This document shows, in pieces, positions 61,701 to 64,000 of a stretch of DNA of 64,000 nt; position 1 is the first letter of the stretch; every line of letters starts with the position of its first letter. Position numbers and translations under genes: made by a program. Source of the DNA: Candidatus Latescibacterota bacterium (GTDB lineage Bacteria; Latescibacterota; UBA2968); assembly GCA_965198115.1 (NCBI GenBank), contig OZ240241.1:704001-768000 (forward strand). Direction: 5' to 3'. The notes beneath the pieces are model-generated. The model was not told where the DNA came from and ran no database searches. It saw nothing but the letters and a program-made list of their open reading frames with translations.

Positions 61701-63621
61701 GAACGGGTCGACCTCGAGCGAATGGCTGGACAATATACGTTACCGTATTATCAAGTGATCCGATCGAAAATCGTGCTTCTCGCCGCCGAGGGATTATCCA
61801 ACAAGATTATCGCCCAACGGTTGGATGTCCCGCGTCCGATCGTAAGCAAATGGCGTAAGCGCTTTTTCGAAGAGCGTCTTTCGGGACTCGAAGATAGATC
61901 TCGTCCCGGGCGCCCGCCCGGTTTTCCCCCCTCAGGTGGTCGTTCAGATCAAGGCGCTGGCGTGTGAACTACCGAGCGAGAGCGGGATACCGCTCTCGCG
62001 GTCCAGCTGTTCCGAGATTGCCGCCGAGGCAGTGCAAAGGGGCTTCGTTGCCAAGATCAGCGGCGCCACTGTCTGGCGCTGGTTGAACGAGGACGCGATT
62101 CGTCCTTGGTATCATCGCTCCTGGATTTTCCCACGGGACCCGGACTTCCAAACCAAAGCAGGTAGAGTCCTTGATCTGTATCACCGCCAATGGCAAGGAA
62201 AGCCTTTAGGGCCGAGGGAATATGTACTTTCTGCCGACGAAAAGACCAGTATTCAAGCACGAGCTCGCAAGCACGTTACCCTACCGCCAGCCTCGAACAG
62301 AGCGGCACGCGTTGAAACACGAATACGAGCGGAAAGGAGCCCTGGCCTATCTGGCTGCTCTCGACGTGCACAATGGTCGAATCTTCGGTCTCTGTGAGTC
62401 TTCTTCGGGTATCGAGCCCTTCAACCGGCTCCTGAGCCTGATCATGAGCCGGAAACCCTATTGCTCGGCAAAGAAAGTCTACCTCATCGTGGATAATGGC
62501 TCCTCGCACCGAGGGCAAACATGCATCGACCGTATCCAGGGGAAGTGGCCAAACATCCACCCCGTTCACCTTCCGATCCACGCAAGCTGGCTCAATCAGA
62601 TCGAGATCTACTTCTCGATCCTCAAACGCAAGGCTCTGACACCTATCGAATTTGCATCGCTCGAAGAGCTTGAGGCAAGAATCCTCGGTTTTCAGGAACG
62701 CTACGGACGTATCGCCACACCCTTCAAATGGAAGTTCACACGAACAGATCTCGCGGAGATGATCGACAAACTCAGGTTCTACGATACGCCCTTGGCAAAG
62801 TCTGCTTAGAATACGTCACCGTATTTGCGAACAGGAGTACTAAGGTAGATTAGGTCCGCCAGGTTTCCATCTCCACCAATGCTTGCCGTTAGAACTGAAC
62901 CTGATCGGAAGAAGCCACCAAAAGGCCCTGTCTCGTCGACCACCGGCGTAAAGAGGAAAAGTAGCTTCCCGTCACCGTCGACGTCGGAAGGGCCGCCAAA
63001 CGTGTCGTCGACGATGGACTTTGAGGAGTTGCTGAACCGATCGATGATGTCTTGGATGTCCTGTTCTGTCACGCTTTGAGCAGAGTCGGAAGGCGTGTTG
63101 TCGAGGTAGGCGAGTGCGTCGTCGTTTACTGCGACGAGCGTGGCCGTAATCGAACGGTCGGATGTGACGTCGAGGAGCTCGGTGAAGATGAAGCTCCGCG
63201 ACGAGCCGATGGCCGGAATAGTCTGTTTGCGGACGGGGCGTGCATATCGATCCGCGATCGGTATAGTGGCGGCGAACGCCCTCTCTTCCGCTCGGAGCAA
63301 GCGGGCGAGCCGGTCGTGGGGTGTAAGCGGCGCTTCGACGCCTCTTGCCCGAAGGGGGATGACCTTGCTGGATGCCGTGCCGAGGATTTCGTAGTCGTAA
63401 GATCGAGACGTGTCTGCCTCTTCGAAGTTGCGGGCGTAGAGGATGAGCTCATAGTCTGCGCCCGAAAAGTCCAGCGACAACGTAGCCTGGCCTCCGTTGA
63501 GGGGCGTGGTCGACACGTCGCCGATCGTCTGGGCGACCGACGGGCCGGACAGGCTAGCGAACAGGAGTGTGATGAAGAAGAACGGGTGTATTGAGCACTC
63601 CCAAAGGTGTGAATCGAACAT
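58788..63621 (-). pseudogene. Large secreted protein: gluzincin metallopeptidase, 4 Ig-like repeats, 2 ASH/choice-of-anchor-D-like domains, dockerin-like C-terminus; interrupted by IS630 and frameshifted
   Basis: Signal-like FFFITLLFASLSGPSVA; SDVDGDGK; LAHEYQHLVN and WLNEALSH; IENNGSESL and LQNDGTGDL; ADIDGDGTVGFPDFL / ADLDGDDTVGFSDFL. Start codon uncertain. Confidence 0.8.
61579..62840 (+). mobile_element. IS630-family insertion sequence, copy 2 (transposase ~61659..62809, extra 1-bp insertion near 62315)
   Basis: Near-identical to 43023..44283; flanked by TAA/TAA in a CTAAG target. Confidence 0.93.
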
Positions 63622-63774
63622 AAAAGGCCACCAGAACTCCGCTCTGCCAAGCGTCGCTGATGGCCCTGTCACGTCGTGTGGTTCGTCGGGGGGCGAACCG
63701 CTCACGTCGTGCACGGTGGAATATAGGATGACGGCCACGGAGGCGCAAGAAACTAGCCTCTGCGGCGGGATGGT

Positions 63775-64000
63775 CTAAAAAGTCTCTCCTAAAAGTTCGG
63801 CTCGGTGGATCCTGTCGAGGCGAAACACGCGATCGCCCTTGCGATTACGACAGTAGGCATAGAGCATTTTCTCGTCTTCGGACGTGGGCTGAACGATACG
63901 GTCGCCGTTACCCTGGGCTCCGTATTCGAGTCGCAGGCAAAGCTTTCGCCGAATCGCGAAGTCGACAACGTTGAGGATGTCGTTGTTCTCCGTGGCCGGG
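63775..64000 (-). CDS. C-terminal WYL domain of a protein starting beyond the right edge
   Basis: Manual translation: ...VVDFAIRRKLCLRLEYGAQGNGDRIVQP...MLYAYCRNRKGDRVFRLDRIHRAELLGETF*. Confidence 0.8.
   Translation of the reverse strand, partial: PATENNDILNVVDFAIRRKLCLRLEYGAQGNGDRIVQPTSEDEKMLYAYCRNRKGDRVFRLDRIHRAELLGETF

Noticed and set aside
43023-62840. Composite transposon bounded by the two IS630 copies
   Set aside because: Each copy sits in its own gene, whose frame is restored on removal, so these are independent insertions.
1-64000. tRNA, rRNA, prophage or integron
   Set aside because: No such signatures were recognised by eye; tRNAscan/Rfam searches would be needed to exclude small RNAs.

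Overview
A GC-rich bacterial chromosomal segment. The C-terminal dockerin-like 'DxDGDGTVGFxDFL' repeat, six PhyH-type dioxygenases and many sugar/organic-acid catabolic enzymes suggest a Latescibacterota-like organism, but that is inference only. The backbone is catabolic and redox genes: SDR, LLM oxidoreductase, enolase-superfamily enzyme, ThDP enzyme, PhyH family, aldolases, LarA family, sulfatase, GH127, PL2-like lyase, GcvT-type dehydrogenase and MFS transporters. The window also holds a broken type I R-M locus, a Phd/VapC toxin-antitoxin pair, two-component genes and a large secreted gluzincin with four ~108-aa repeats. A mutasome-like operon (dnaE2, hypothetical, GFA, catalytically degenerate Y-family ImuB-like gene, DUF72) lies behind two palindromic operator candidates. 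Eight mobile elements are present (ISAzo13, 2x ISL3, 2 different IS256, 2x IS630 and a 751-bp transposase-less TGT...ACA element), and each interrupts or truncates a gene. Many small frameshifts, often in homopolymers, may be long-read consensus errors. The best leads are the non-coding mini-transposon, the DUF72-containing mutasome without ImuA, a tandem pair of HxG PhyH proteins, a conserved post-stop motif GTGTTCAGTGTTCRGGAA, and an unlisted 54-aa membrane protein behind a sigma54-type promoter. No rRNA, tRNA or CRISPR array was recognised.
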